33,522 nt of DNA from a virus. Below are positions 8,876 to 15,932 of the stretch, in pieces. The notes below the pieces were generated by a model. The model was not told the DNA's origin. It saw only the letters and a program-made list of their open reading frames with translations, and did no database searches. The translations under genes were made by a program, and so were the position numbers. How positions within the stretch are numbered: the stretch's first letter is position 1; every line of letters starts with the position of its first letter. The stretch lies in the IMG/VR virus record IMGVR_UViG_3300023180_000010. One strand, 5' to 3'.

Positions 8876-10448
8876 TTAGTTGCTCCTGTGTAGGTTGAGA
8901 CATTTGTTGTTGCTGTTGCGCGTATTGTTGCGCCATAGCAACCAACTGTTGACGCTCGTTCAAATCTCTTACGAGTTTGTCAGGAACGCCAAACTTCTTA
9001 GCCAAATACACAGCAGTTTCTTCGGAGTTAATTAGGATGTTAGTAATCTCAGGGCCGAACCGTCCTTGAACCAATTCAAGGAATCTAGCAACTGACGTAA
9101 TGTCTTGGTTTGCTTGCGCCTGTGCCAATGGCGATACGGAACGAACCTTTACCTCCCTGCCGTTAATAGATGGCAATTCAATACGCCCTTGCTTCTTCAG
9201 AATGTAAACTACTCGCTGAAGCACTGGTTGTACAAGTTCGGCTTGCAGTCTGCCGAAGGCAGACCCGATTCTACGAGACAGGTCAGCCATACGTTCTGCA
9301 ACTTCTGTTGCTGACGCTGGTGTTCTGTCTGGGTTGCCGAGCATATCGTTATACAATGCACGTTTGATATTCAAACGCATATCGCTCAACACAAGGTTGG
9401 CGACATCAAATGAGCCAGCCGCACGAATTGGCTGTAGGCCAGCAGAGCCAGCCGCTTTAGGAATAACCGTTCCAGGGACTAAGTTGATGGTATCTGGATT
9501 TACCACCCCATCATCTTCCATCTGGTATATACCAGAGATAGCCATCTGAGCATTCTCAAGAATCAATTCAATCGTGAGATTGGTCGTCTTGATCGCAGAC
9601 AAAGCGTTAATGAGAGGGCCACGCCCATAAACTTCACCACTGCACTTAGACCAACGGAAGCAGATGAAAGGATTCGAGCCAATGCCCTTATACTTATCTT
9701 GAGCAATAACTTCCTTCAAACTTGTTTCAATAGCATAGAAGAAGTAAGCCTCATCATTGCGTTCTTTGTAGTCACGGCAAACTACTTCTAAAATTCTAGT
9801 TTTCTGATCTGGGTTATTAGTGATCTTATTCTGGAGTTTAGACGAGATATTCGCCTTCTTATACATGTAAGGAATGTCTGAATAACGTACAGTACGCTCA
9901 CGATAAATATGGTCAACGCGATCATCAGGCCCAGTATCAAGCACAACATGAGGAAGCGGAATTGCGCTAAAAACGACTGGATTGACCGAATCACCTTCAT
10001 GCGCACATAAGACTCCTGTTCCTACAGCCAAGTCCATGAAAGACTCATGAACCTCTTGACCAAAGTTTGAGTTCTGGATCACCTCAAATACATATTCTGT
10101 GACTTCATCTAACTCATTGTCAATAGCGTCACGCTCTTCGCGTGGAACTTCAGAGCCAGCCATGAGGTCAGCCCATCGTGCAAAGTTAGGGACAAGACCT
10201 TGTTGCAGTCGAGATGCAAACTCTTGAACACCTACTACAGCAGTCTCATCAAAAATCTTATCATCACGCCGTTGGCCAATGGCCTCGTGATAGAAAGATT
10301 CTCGTTGAGGAAGAGCATATTCATAACACTCTTCAAACAGATCGACAAAGTTTTGGCGCAGTGATTTAGCCTTCTCGTACTTAGCCATGTACATAGAAGC
10401 AACTTTGTCGTCACTGTACCCTGTTGTAATAGGTAAATCGTTAATCAT
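8847..10448 (-). CDS. Portal (head-tail connector) protein, 533 aa
   Basis: Size and position after terL. TGATG coupling. N-terminal region ...FEECYEYALPQRESFY is typical of T7 gp8-type connectors. Confidence 0.85.
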   Translation of the reverse strand: MINDLPITTGYSDDKVASMYMAKYEKAKSLRQNFVDLFEECYEYALPQRESFYHEAIGQRRDDKIFDETAVVGVQEFASRLQQGLVPNFARWADLMAGSEVPREERDAIDNELDEVTEYVFEVIQNSNFGQEVHESFMDLAVGTGVLCAHEGDSVNPVVFSAIPLPHVVLDTGPDDRVDHIYRERTVRYSDIPYMYKKANISSKLQNKITNNPDQKTRILEVVCRDYKERNDEAYFFYAIETSLKEVIAQDKYKGIGSNPFICFRWSKCSGEVYGRGPLINALSAIKTTNLTIELILENAQMAISGIYQMEDDGVVNPDTINLVPGTVIPKAAGSAGLQPIRAAGSFDVANLVLSDMRLNIKRALYNDMLGNPDRTPASATEVAERMADLSRRIGSAFGRLQAELVQPVLQRVVYILKKQGRIELPSINGREVKVRSVSPLAQAQANQDITSVARFLELVQGRFGPEITNILINSEETAVYLAKKFGVPDKLVRDLNERQQLVAMAQQYAQQQQQMSQPTQEQLIGGETTPRS

Positions 10449-10654
10449 CAGAGATACTCGTTGTAATAACCCATACCACCGCCAGAGCCAGTTAGCAATG
10501 AACGCCGACCAGTACCGCCGCGAATGCGCTGTACTTTCTTCTCAAGCGTCTTTGCTTTCTGCTCTTTTGCAGTTTGTTGCTCTTTTTCCATCTGCTGTTC
10601 TTGTGCAGAAGTATCAGGAGGGGGTGGTGCTGAACTGCCGCCGCCAATACACAT
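10448..10654 (-). CDS. Small Met-Cys-initiated Gly/Ser/Pro-rich protein, 68 aa. Paralog of 13489..13734
   Basis: SD AAGGA lies 8 nt upstream of the ATG. TGATG coupling to the portal gene. MCIGGGSSAPPPP..K/E/Q-rich..GRRSLLTGSGGG. Confidence 0.65.
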   Translation of the reverse strand: MCIGGGSSAPPPPDTSAQEQQMEKEQQTAKEQKAKTLEKKVQRIRGGTGRRSLLTGSGGGMGYYNEYL

Positions 10655-10657
10655 AAC

Positions 10658-12196
10658 TTACATCCTTGCCCATAGGCCTTGTCGCTTGCGCGATTTTGGT
10701 TTCCTTGCGAACACATCATACCCTTTATTAGCGTTGAATGCTTGGATAGGCTTGTGATTGGACATCAACTGTCTACCTTCACCAGCCCCCAACATTAAAT
10801 ACTGTAGGGCATCATGAATATGAGAATACATATTTTTTTCTGGTTTGTCAGCATATCTCTCACCAGAGACTTCCATTCGCTTATATTGATACCCACCCTC
10901 AAAGCCTTTAATCAGGCTTGGGCATCGTCTATCCACCAGAAACGCTGGCTTTCCGTCAACCATCTTGTTAAGCGCAGAGGATACAGACTCAAGGCGAAGG
11001 TCAACTGAATTCGATGGAGCGGGGAAGGCACGGAGGCCAGCACCGCGAAGAATCTGGAATGGCGTAGTCTCATCGGTCTGTGCGCGGAAGTCGCCAGCAG
11101 GGTCGCCGTAGATGTGAACCTCAAGATGAGCAAAGCGGGTGGCAATTTCTTGCCGCAACAATTCAGCAAAGCGAACAATGCCCATATCAATGGCAACGAT
11201 CTCAGACTGAATCAACCAGCGTCCTCGAACCTTTTGACCAAAGACAGCCGCAGGGGTAAGCCCAAAGTCAATGCCAATGTACAAAGGCACACCATCTGCA
11301 ATTGGTATTTCTTCCCTAGCAACGTGAGTCTCAGTGACAAAACTGGGATAAACTGGCTTGCCATCTTGAACCGCGCCAAGACGATTCATTACATAAACAT
11401 CAATCCAACTCTTAGTTTTACCGCGAATAAGGTTAGGATAATAAGACTTAAGCATATGCTTTTTGTTTTCAGCATCAGCATTTGGCTCATAATCCTTAAC
11501 ACCACCCTCCTCATCAAGCACTTCAGTCATCCCAGATGGTTGGGTGTAGAAGTTCCAGTTGTCAGGTTTGACCAACATCTTGGCTTGTTCGCGGGGAATG
11601 TGGTCAGGTATTGGCACTTCGCCAGACATGATAGGCCACCAGTGATCTTCTTCTGGGGCGTTAGTGTCTGCAATTACCCCAGACCAAGAAGGCCCACCAT
11701 CGCGCATAGAAGGAAAACGACCAACACGCATGGTACACGCATCAATGATAGACTTGGGGACTTCACGAGCCTCGTTAATCCAGATGCCAGTAAGTTCAAG
11801 CGATAGCAACTTCTTAACATCTTCGGGCCGATCAAGGGCAAGGAAAATAACCTCCAGATCAAGGTCGGCTTGCCTGATGTGGTGCGTGAATGGCACTGAC
11901 CAATGAAACTTACCCCATTGGTCTTCTGGAAACCAATCGAGCCACGTTTTGATCGTTGTCGTTTTGAGTTGGGGATTGGTGTTTCTAATGATCGCCCAAC
12001 GACTACGCCGAATACCATCCTTGTTCTTCTTCTGCATTAACGCTCTGCGGAACACTTCCACACAGCAACCCACGGATTTACCAGAACCGACAGGGCCACG
12101 AATGCCGCGAAAGAAGGTGTCATCTTTCATAAAGGCTTTCAGTACCGCGCCATCTGGCTTGTAATTAAAGTTGGTCAACCTGTTTGTCTTTCCCAA
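10658..12196 (-). CDS. terL: Terminase large subunit, up to 512 aa (start uncertain)
   Basis: Walker A motif GIRGPVGSGKS. Size and position upstream of the portal gene. The listed start at 12196 is TTG with a weak SD. An in-frame ATG at 12130 (MKDDTFFRG...) is an alternative. Confidence 0.9.
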   Translation of the reverse strand: MGKTNRLTNFNYKPDGAVLKAFMKDDTFFRGIRGPVGSGKSVGCCVEVFRRALMQKKNKDGIRRSRWAIIRNTNPQLKTTTIKTWLDWFPEDQWGKFHWSVPFTHHIRQADLDLEVIFLALDRPEDVKKLLSLELTGIWINEAREVPKSIIDACTMRVGRFPSMRDGGPSWSGVIADTNAPEEDHWWPIMSGEVPIPDHIPREQAKMLVKPDNWNFYTQPSGMTEVLDEEGGVKDYEPNADAENKKHMLKSYYPNLIRGKTKSWIDVYVMNRLGAVQDGKPVYPSFVTETHVAREEIPIADGVPLYIGIDFGLTPAAVFGQKVRGRWLIQSEIVAIDMGIVRFAELLRQEIATRFAHLEVHIYGDPAGDFRAQTDETTPFQILRGAGLRAFPAPSNSVDLRLESVSSALNKMVDGKPAFLVDRRCPSLIKGFEGGYQYKRMEVSGERYADKPEKNMYSHIHDALQYLMLGAGEGRQLMSNHKPIQAFNANKGYDVFARKPKSRKRQGLWARM

Positions 12197-12359
12197 ACTT
12201 AATCATTCGCTCGACAATCTCAGGGCCAATTACTGCAATTACTTTGTCAGCCTCATAGTCGGTGCAAAATTCTTTAGGGTGGTGAACAAGGTGAACTTTC
12301 TTCACCACTCTCCGCAATATATCACGCTCTTCATTGGAGAGCATATGAACAAAACTCAT
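12165..12359 (-). CDS. Hypothetical protein, 64 aa
   Basis: ATGA overlap with the upstream gene. Non-repetitive composition (MSFVHMLSNEERDILRRVVKK...). Confidence 0.6.
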   Translation of the reverse strand: MSFVHMLSNEERDILRRVVKKVHLVHHPKEFCTDYEADKVIAVIGPEIVERMIKFGKDKQVDQL

Positions 12360-12610
12360 GTGCGATGCTTCTTTGTTTTCTTTGCAATAGATTCTGGTTG
12401 CTTGGAAAACTGCTTGCCCTTACGTATCGCGGCACGTTTAGCCTTTGTGGTGCGCTGATATTCCTCATCGCTCAAAGACTTGATTGCCTTTTCGGGCAAG
12501 TATCGTTCTCCTGTTGCCTCACTGCCTTGGGTGCTGGGCTTACCTGATTTGGTGCGCCACTTCTGCTTTGTCCAAGCGCGAAGGGATTTCTGTGAAGGTG
12601 CTAGTCCCAT
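12356..12610 (-). CDS. Basic conserved small protein, 84 aa (WTKQKWRT...GERYLPEKA...KGKQFSKQP motif)
   Basis: ATG at 12610 shares its A with the TGA of the unlisted ORF 12610..12777 (TGATG). I recognise the motif as a widespread phage/virus/bacterial small-protein family, possibly DUF5872 (number from memory). Confidence 0.7.
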   Translation of the reverse strand: MGLAPSQKSLRAWTKQKWRTKSGKPSTQGSEATGERYLPEKAIKSLSDEEYQRTTKAKRAAIRKGKQFSKQPESIAKKTKKHRT

Positions 12611-12777
12611 CAGGAAGTATAACCGCCGCCAGCCTTCTTATACAGAAGGGCTAGTCTTTGCGCCTTTCTTGCTGACCACTGACCCGCTTTGCCGCCCTTT
12701 GCTTCGGCCTTTACTTTGTTGAACAACCTCTTCCGTAGGGCTGGTTTCGTGTAGTTCCCCGCTTCGTTGACCGCCAT
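12610..12777 (-). CDS. Unlisted 55-aa ORF: MAVNEAGNYTKPALRKRLFNKVKAEAKGGKAGQWSARKAQRLALLYKKAGGGYTS
   Basis: ATG at 12777..12775 is preceded by GGAGG with a 6-nt spacing. It has 56 codons and a TGA at 12612..12610. It contains the conserved-looking motif GGKxGQWSARKAQ. It is below the 60-aa track cutoff and lies in the +1 frame inside ORF 12638..12898. Confidence 0.7.
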   Translation of the reverse strand: MAVNEAGNYTKPALRKRLFNKVKAEAKGGKAGQWSARKAQRLALLYKKAGGGYTS

Positions 12778-12898
12778 CTTCGACCTCCATTAATCGCTGG
12801 GAGTTTGCTGTGAAAGTTTCACCAGAAAGAATGCGTCCATCTGGCAAGGTAATAACTGGGCCATCGTATGGAGTGCCATCTCTAAATGCATAAGCCAT
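12638..12898 (-). CDS. Hypothetical protein, 86 aa as the ORF reads. The C-terminal ~46 aa overlap the 55-aa ORF and may not be meaningful
   Basis: The start is TAATG-coupled to the upstream gene. The N-terminal half (MAYAFRDGTPYDGPVITLPDGRILSGETF) looks protein-like. The C-terminal half is low-complexity S/K/G/R-rich. Confidence 0.5.
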   Translation of the reverse strand: MAYAFRDGTPYDGPVITLPDGRILSGETFTANSQRLMEVEDGGQRSGELHETSPTEEVVQQSKGRSKGRQSGSVVSKKGAKTSPSV

Positions 12899-13155
12899 TA
12901 TTTTGCACCACGTTGCTTCTTAAACCAATCAATCGCAATTCTCTTAACTAATTTGTCATAGTAATTTGCATCACCAGAAAATTCTGTAGACATTTCAGCA
13001 GTCCAATCTGCGCGATCTTTAATTCTATTCGCATCTTTTTGTGGCATCAAATCAATAAGACCAACCTTTGTTAATTTAGGTTTGGCTTTAGGATCACGCT
13101 TTTTGATCTCATCTATAACATTTTTCTTAATCTTTATAAGGCTGGGGGCTTTCAT
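12898..13155 (-). CDS. Hypothetical basic protein, 85 aa
   Basis: TAATG coupling at both ends. Lys-rich. Confidence 0.6.
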   Translation of the reverse strand: MKAPSLIKIKKNVIDEIKKRDPKAKPKLTKVGLIDLMPQKDANRIKDRADWTAEMSTEFSGDANYYDKLVKRIAIDWFKKQRGAK

Positions 13156-13496
13156 TAGGCTTTCCTTTCTTTCATCTTCTTGTAACGAGCCAGCAAACGC
13201 CGACCCTTGGCAACCGCAGAGGCCTTATCACCAGAGTGACCCCATGCGATTAGTGATAACTTCAATCTCGTAGGACGACCCTTCTCGTCCTTCAATGGCC
13301 CTTTTGCAGAACCCATTCTCACTAAGAAACTCCCCTTGCGGCGAATCTTCTCTGGTGTGTCTGCCTTCCCTTTTACTGGGGCTTTCAAGTTTCCCTTCTT
13401 GCCACTCTTCGTGCGGTAAGACTTTCGACCCGCCTCGTTCAAGCCGCCTTTGGGATTCTTCCCTGCTTTGCGTGTCCATGCTGGAGTCTTAGGCAT
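13155..13496 (-). CDS. Highly basic conserved small protein, 113 aa (MPKTPAWTRKAGKNPKGGLNEAGRKSY...)
   Basis: The internal ATG at 13496 overlaps the TAA of the upstream gene (ATGCCTAA). The longer 143-aa reading adds an implausible hydrophobic extension. The motifs KNPKGGLN..GR and PTRLKLSLIAWG recall a family of unknown function (from memory). Confidence 0.65.
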   Translation of the reverse strand: MPKTPAWTRKAGKNPKGGLNEAGRKSYRTKSGKKGNLKAPVKGKADTPEKIRRKGSFLVRMGSAKGPLKDEKGRPTRLKLSLIAWGHSGDKASAVAKGRRLLARYKKMKERKA

Positions 13497-13734
13497 AGGG
13501 ATTACCACTAACGCCCATAGTTCCACCGTAAGAAGAACCATACGAAGGACTTGGCGCAGAAGATGGCCCATCACCGCCAGCACCAATCAAAGACTTGGCT
13601 TTGTTCTTAGCCAACTTCTTCTTCTCTTGCTCAATCAATTCTGGAGGAGTCGGGTACTTACTCTTGATCGGGCCAGTGTCAGGTTGCTTACCTACACTGG
13701 GGGCTGGGGAAGATGATCCCATTGAGACACACAT
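13489..13734 (-). CDS. Small Met-Cys-initiated Gly/Ser/Pro-rich protein, 81 aa. Paralog of 10448..10654
   Basis: First ORF after the AT-rich 224-bp spacer. MCVSMGSSSPAPS..K/E-rich..KSLIGAGGDG.. has the same architecture as 10448..10654. Confidence 0.6.
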   Translation of the reverse strand: MCVSMGSSSPAPSVGKQPDTGPIKSKYPTPPELIEQEKKKLAKNKAKSLIGAGGDGPSSAPSPSYGSSYGGTMGVSGNPYA

Positions 13735-13761
13735 AAGACAGACCTTTCAGCAAAAAAAATA

Positions 13762-13832
13762 TTTATACCAATATACGAACCCTTAGGGGATGTATATTCG
13801 TATAATCTACCCGATCAGGACATTTCTAGCAA
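13762..13832 (-). promoter_or_regulatory. Candidate promoter/operator region for the operon downstream of terS
   Basis: Minus strand: TTGCTA (13832..13827), 17 nt, TAGATT (13809..13804), plus an extended -10-like TGgTATAAA (13770..13762). An 8-bp inverted repeat, tatacgaa (13772..13779) / ttcgtata (13797..13804), overlaps these elements. Confidence 0.3.
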
Positions 13833-13958
13833 TATATTCGCCCAAGTTTAGTATTTCATACCGTTTGGTACTATTAGTAACTATCGGGCTTTTGAGAGCA
13901 ATAATGTTTGAGTAGGAGAACTGGCTAACAAGCACTACCAGTTTTTTGACCCCCCTAC

Positions 13959-14330
13959 CTAGCCTAGGTCAATCTTCACTGAGATTTCGCCAGCATGTAG
14001 GTGCATGGATCGTTCTACTGGCTTAAACCCCGCACGGTCTAGTATATCCTTGCTGGCTTCCAGTTGAACATACTCAGACTTAGCACCTTGCGCTAACTGC
14101 AGTAACTTACTAGCCGCTACGGTAGCATTGAGTCCGAGAGTCTCCGTAACTCTCTGCATCATATACTGCTGTACATGCGGCTGACGTAAAGCCTTGGAAG
14201 CACTCACTCTTCCAGATTCACCTTTAGCGTACCCAGCAGATTCAGCGGCTTCACGGATTGTGCATCCTGTGGCTACAAGAGTATCCACCAGAGCCGTTTG
14301 CTTCTCAGTCAATTTTACTAATTCTGTCAT
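13959..14330 (-). CDS. terS: Terminase small subunit, 123 aa
   Basis: LTEKQTALVDTLVATGCTIREAAESAGYAK...SASKALRQPHVQQYM is the classic HTH N-terminus of Terminase_2-type small subunits. Confidence 0.8.
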   Translation of the reverse strand: MTELVKLTEKQTALVDTLVATGCTIREAAESAGYAKGESGRVSASKALRQPHVQQYMMQRVTETLGLNATVAASKLLQLAQGAKSEYVQLEASKDILDRAGFKPVERSMHLHAGEISVKIDLG

Positions 14331-14333
14331 CGC

Positions 14334-14525
14334 TTACCATAGCATACTGCTCTGCAGCAAGATACAATCAGAGAACCCCCCCTTTGTCCCCCCCTTTTTA
14401 TGAAGCACTCGAAAAGCCTTGTCAACGCACAATTCAGTAGATTGCACAAGAAAGCACAAGAAAACATCTAAACCAAAGATGCAGATGACATCGCTAACAA
14501 GTTTGTAAGTTCCTTTCCTAGACAT
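14334..14525 (-). CDS. Doubtful small ORF (63 aa from MSRKG...) upstream of terS
   Basis: AGGA lies 6 nt before the ATG at 14525. However, the ORF contains two G7 runs and has odd composition. It may instead be the 5' leader of terS. Confidence 0.25.
   Translation of the reverse strand: MSRKGTYKLVSDVICIFGLDVFLCFLVQSTELCVDKAFRVLHKKGGTKGGFSDCILLQSSMLW
14376..14394 (-). other. G7-N5-G7 motif (C7 tttgt C7 on the plus strand), capable of a G3N1G3N5G3N1G3 quadruplex
   Basis: Read directly: ccccccc tttgt ccccccc at 14376..14394, 46 nt upstream of the terS ATG on the minus strand. Confidence 0.6.
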
Positions 14526-14587
14526 AGTTATCCTAACATTTGCCAGCCCCATTTCCGCCTGTCAATCATACTGACCACAACTATTTC

Positions 14588-14697
14588 TCGCGGTAAAGGA
14601 GCAGGCCGCACCCTGACACTTTTGTCGCTAATCTCCTATTTCCTTCTACCGTGGCTGTCCTTTACCGCGACTCAGGCCAGCCCCTCCACGGGCTGGC
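14588..14697. promoter_or_regulatory. GC-rich structured element in the divergent intergenic region
   Basis: A perfect 13-bp inverted repeat, tcgcggtaaagga (14588..14600) / tcctttaccgcga (14658..14670). It is followed by the hairpin gccagccc-ctccac-gggctggc (14676..14697). Confidence 0.5.
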
Positions 14698-14777
14698 ATC
14701 GGCCTAAAGGCTAAATAGCCGTGGTCTGTTGATTGTCAACGGCGGTAATGGTACTGCCAAACGTAAGGAGAACTAAA

Positions 14778-15158
14778 ATGTCTAAGAAAGTAACTAACAA
14801 CCTTGTAACCGATATCACCCGCATCTTTGCTCTAGATGACAGAACCACAAACAATCAACTGAATTGGCTTTTGTCAGGCTTTGTCGAGTACCTCAAAAAA
14901 GTTGAGGACAAAAAGCAAGCGCAGATGGATTATATCTTGGCTATGGCAAGCGAAGAACAAGAAGGCTCACCAAACGAACCAGATTGGAACAAACTGGAAC
15001 GTGACTACAAATGGCAACAGGATCAAATGGAAGTCACCGAAGGTCTTCGGGAATACTTCGATGAAGCGGTCAAGCAACTGTTCCCCGAGGTTGCGAATAA
15101 GGCTAAGACGCAAGCCGATGGCAAAGCGTTCTTCGACAAGATCAAGAAGGCCTCTTAG
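14778..15158 (+). CDS. First early protein, 126 aa, mildly acidic, unknown function
   Basis: AAGGAGAAC SD lies 7 nt before the ATG at 14778, which is in frame with the listed ORF 14733..15158. An intrinsic terminator follows directly. Confidence 0.75.
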   Translation: MSKKVTNNLVTDITRIFALDDRTTNNQLNWLLSGFVEYLKKVEDKKQAQMDYILAMASEEQEGSPNEPDWNKLERDYKWQQDQMEVTEGLREYFDEAVKQLFPEVANKAKTQADGKAFFDKIKKAS

Positions 15159-15168
15159 GAGGTCTTCG

Positions 15169-15200
15169 GATGCTAGGCTTCACGGCCTAGCATCTCTTTT
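15169..15200 (+). terminator. Intrinsic terminator after the first early gene
   Basis: gatgctaggc (15169..15178) - ttcacg - gcctagcatc (15185..15194), followed by tctttt. A second hairpin, cccctctt/aagagggg (15201..15208 / 15226..15233), follows. Confidence 0.75.
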
Positions 15201-15259
15201 CCCCTCTTTCCACCCGCCCACCCACAAGAGGGGAGCGAACGAACATCATCAAATTAATA

Positions 15260-15309
15260 CTACATGTTGTAAAAAACCCCTTGGAAAATTCAAACTTAAC
15301 ATGTAGAGT
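15260..15309 (+). promoter_or_regulatory. Candidate sigma70-type promoter bracketed by a 9-bp inverted repeat
   Basis: TTGGAA (15281..15286), 17 nt, TAGAGT (15304..15309). Inverted repeat ctacatgtt (15260..15268) / aacatgtag (15298..15306). Confidence 0.4.
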
Positions 15310-15330
15310 TAAATATGAGAGGAGAAACAA

Positions 15331-15570
15331 ATGGGTGAACAAACAAAATCTGCTTGGTATATCGAGACAGGCATTCCAATCCCACCGCATCCTAAAGGTA
15401 GGAAGTATCACTTCCTAGATACTATGCAAATAGGTAGCAATGTATTGCTTCCTACTGAGGAAGATGCATACAAAATTCGAGACGCTATGCGCTATCGCAA
15501 GATGAAATGGTCTTTGCGTAAGACACGCGAAGGCTGGCGTGTATGGTACACAGGAGATGAAGATGAGTAA
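15331..15570 (+). CDS. Hypothetical early protein, 79 aa
   Basis: GAGGAGAAACAA SD upstream. Pattern PIPPHPKGRKYHFLDTMQIGSNVLL...GWRVW resembles a common small phage protein of unknown function. Confidence 0.7.
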   Translation: MGEQTKSAWYIETGIPIPPHPKGRKYHFLDTMQIGSNVLLPTEEDAYKIRDAMRYRKMKWSLRKTREGWRVWYTGDEDE

Positions 15571-15727
15571 TCGTATCCGACAGTGGGTCAATGACCGAGA
15601 CAAAATCGAACCACAAAAATCTACACTCGAAACTGTAGTTGAGATTGGGTCAATGATCTTACTGGCATTCATGATCATGGCATTGATGTGGGCATTCCTT
15701 GTCGCAACATCTAACTATTATTATTAG
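15563..15727 (+). CDS. Small membrane protein, 54 aa from the second in-frame ATG
   Basis: One hydrophobic span (IGSMILLAFMIMALMWAFLVAT). GGAG lies 6 nt before the ATG at 15563. The ORF is open from 15539. Confidence 0.55.
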   Translation: MSNRIRQWVNDRDKIEPQKSTLETVVEIGSMILLAFMIMALMWAFLVATSNYYY

Positions 15728-15745
15728 ACGATAGAGGAGAACATT

Positions 15746-15907
15746 GTGACTAAGTACAAAATTTATCTAACAGAATATGAGGCTCGAACTATTCGCGCTT
15801 TATATGAAGACAGCATCATTACTAAGATGCTGAAGCCAAAGGTTCTAAAAGTATTGCTGAAGATAGGAAATAAAATCGAACGGCAAGCAGATTGGAATAC
15901 TTGGTAA
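15746..15907 (+). CDS. Unlisted 53-aa ORF with a GTG start (VTKYKIYLTEYEARTIRALYEDSII...)
   Basis: agaGGAGAACATTgtg has the same SD and spacer as the next gene (aaaGGAGAACATTatg at 15933). It has 54 codons with no internal stop and fills an otherwise empty gap. Confidence 0.55.
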   Translation: MTKYKIYLTEYEARTIRALYEDSIITKMLKPKVLKVLLKIGNKIERQADWNTW

Positions 15908-15932
15908 GAAACCATAACGAAAGGAGAACATT

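Noticed and set aside
11114-11806. 230-aa plus-strand ORF inside the terL region
   Set aside because: It is antisense to a gene with a clear Walker A motif and full-length terminase architecture. Its composition is odd (N/I/L/R-rich) and it has no SD.
13155-13586. The full 143-aa reading of this ORF
   Set aside because: The first 30 codons overlap the upstream gene and read as a hydrophobic, improbable extension. The internal ATG at 13496 forms an ATGCCTAA stop-start junction with that gene.
14570-14575. A perfect TTGACA on the minus strand as the -35 of the leftward promoter
   Set aside because: No acceptable -10 hexamer lies 16-18 nt downstream. The position falls on ATGGGG at the start of the doubtful ORF. 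I could not define either divergent promoter with confidence.
14881-15306. 141-aa plus-strand ORF in an alternative frame of the first early gene
   Set aside because: It runs straight through the intrinsic terminator and the promoter region. It is a Lys/Arg/Ser-rich out-of-frame product with no SD.
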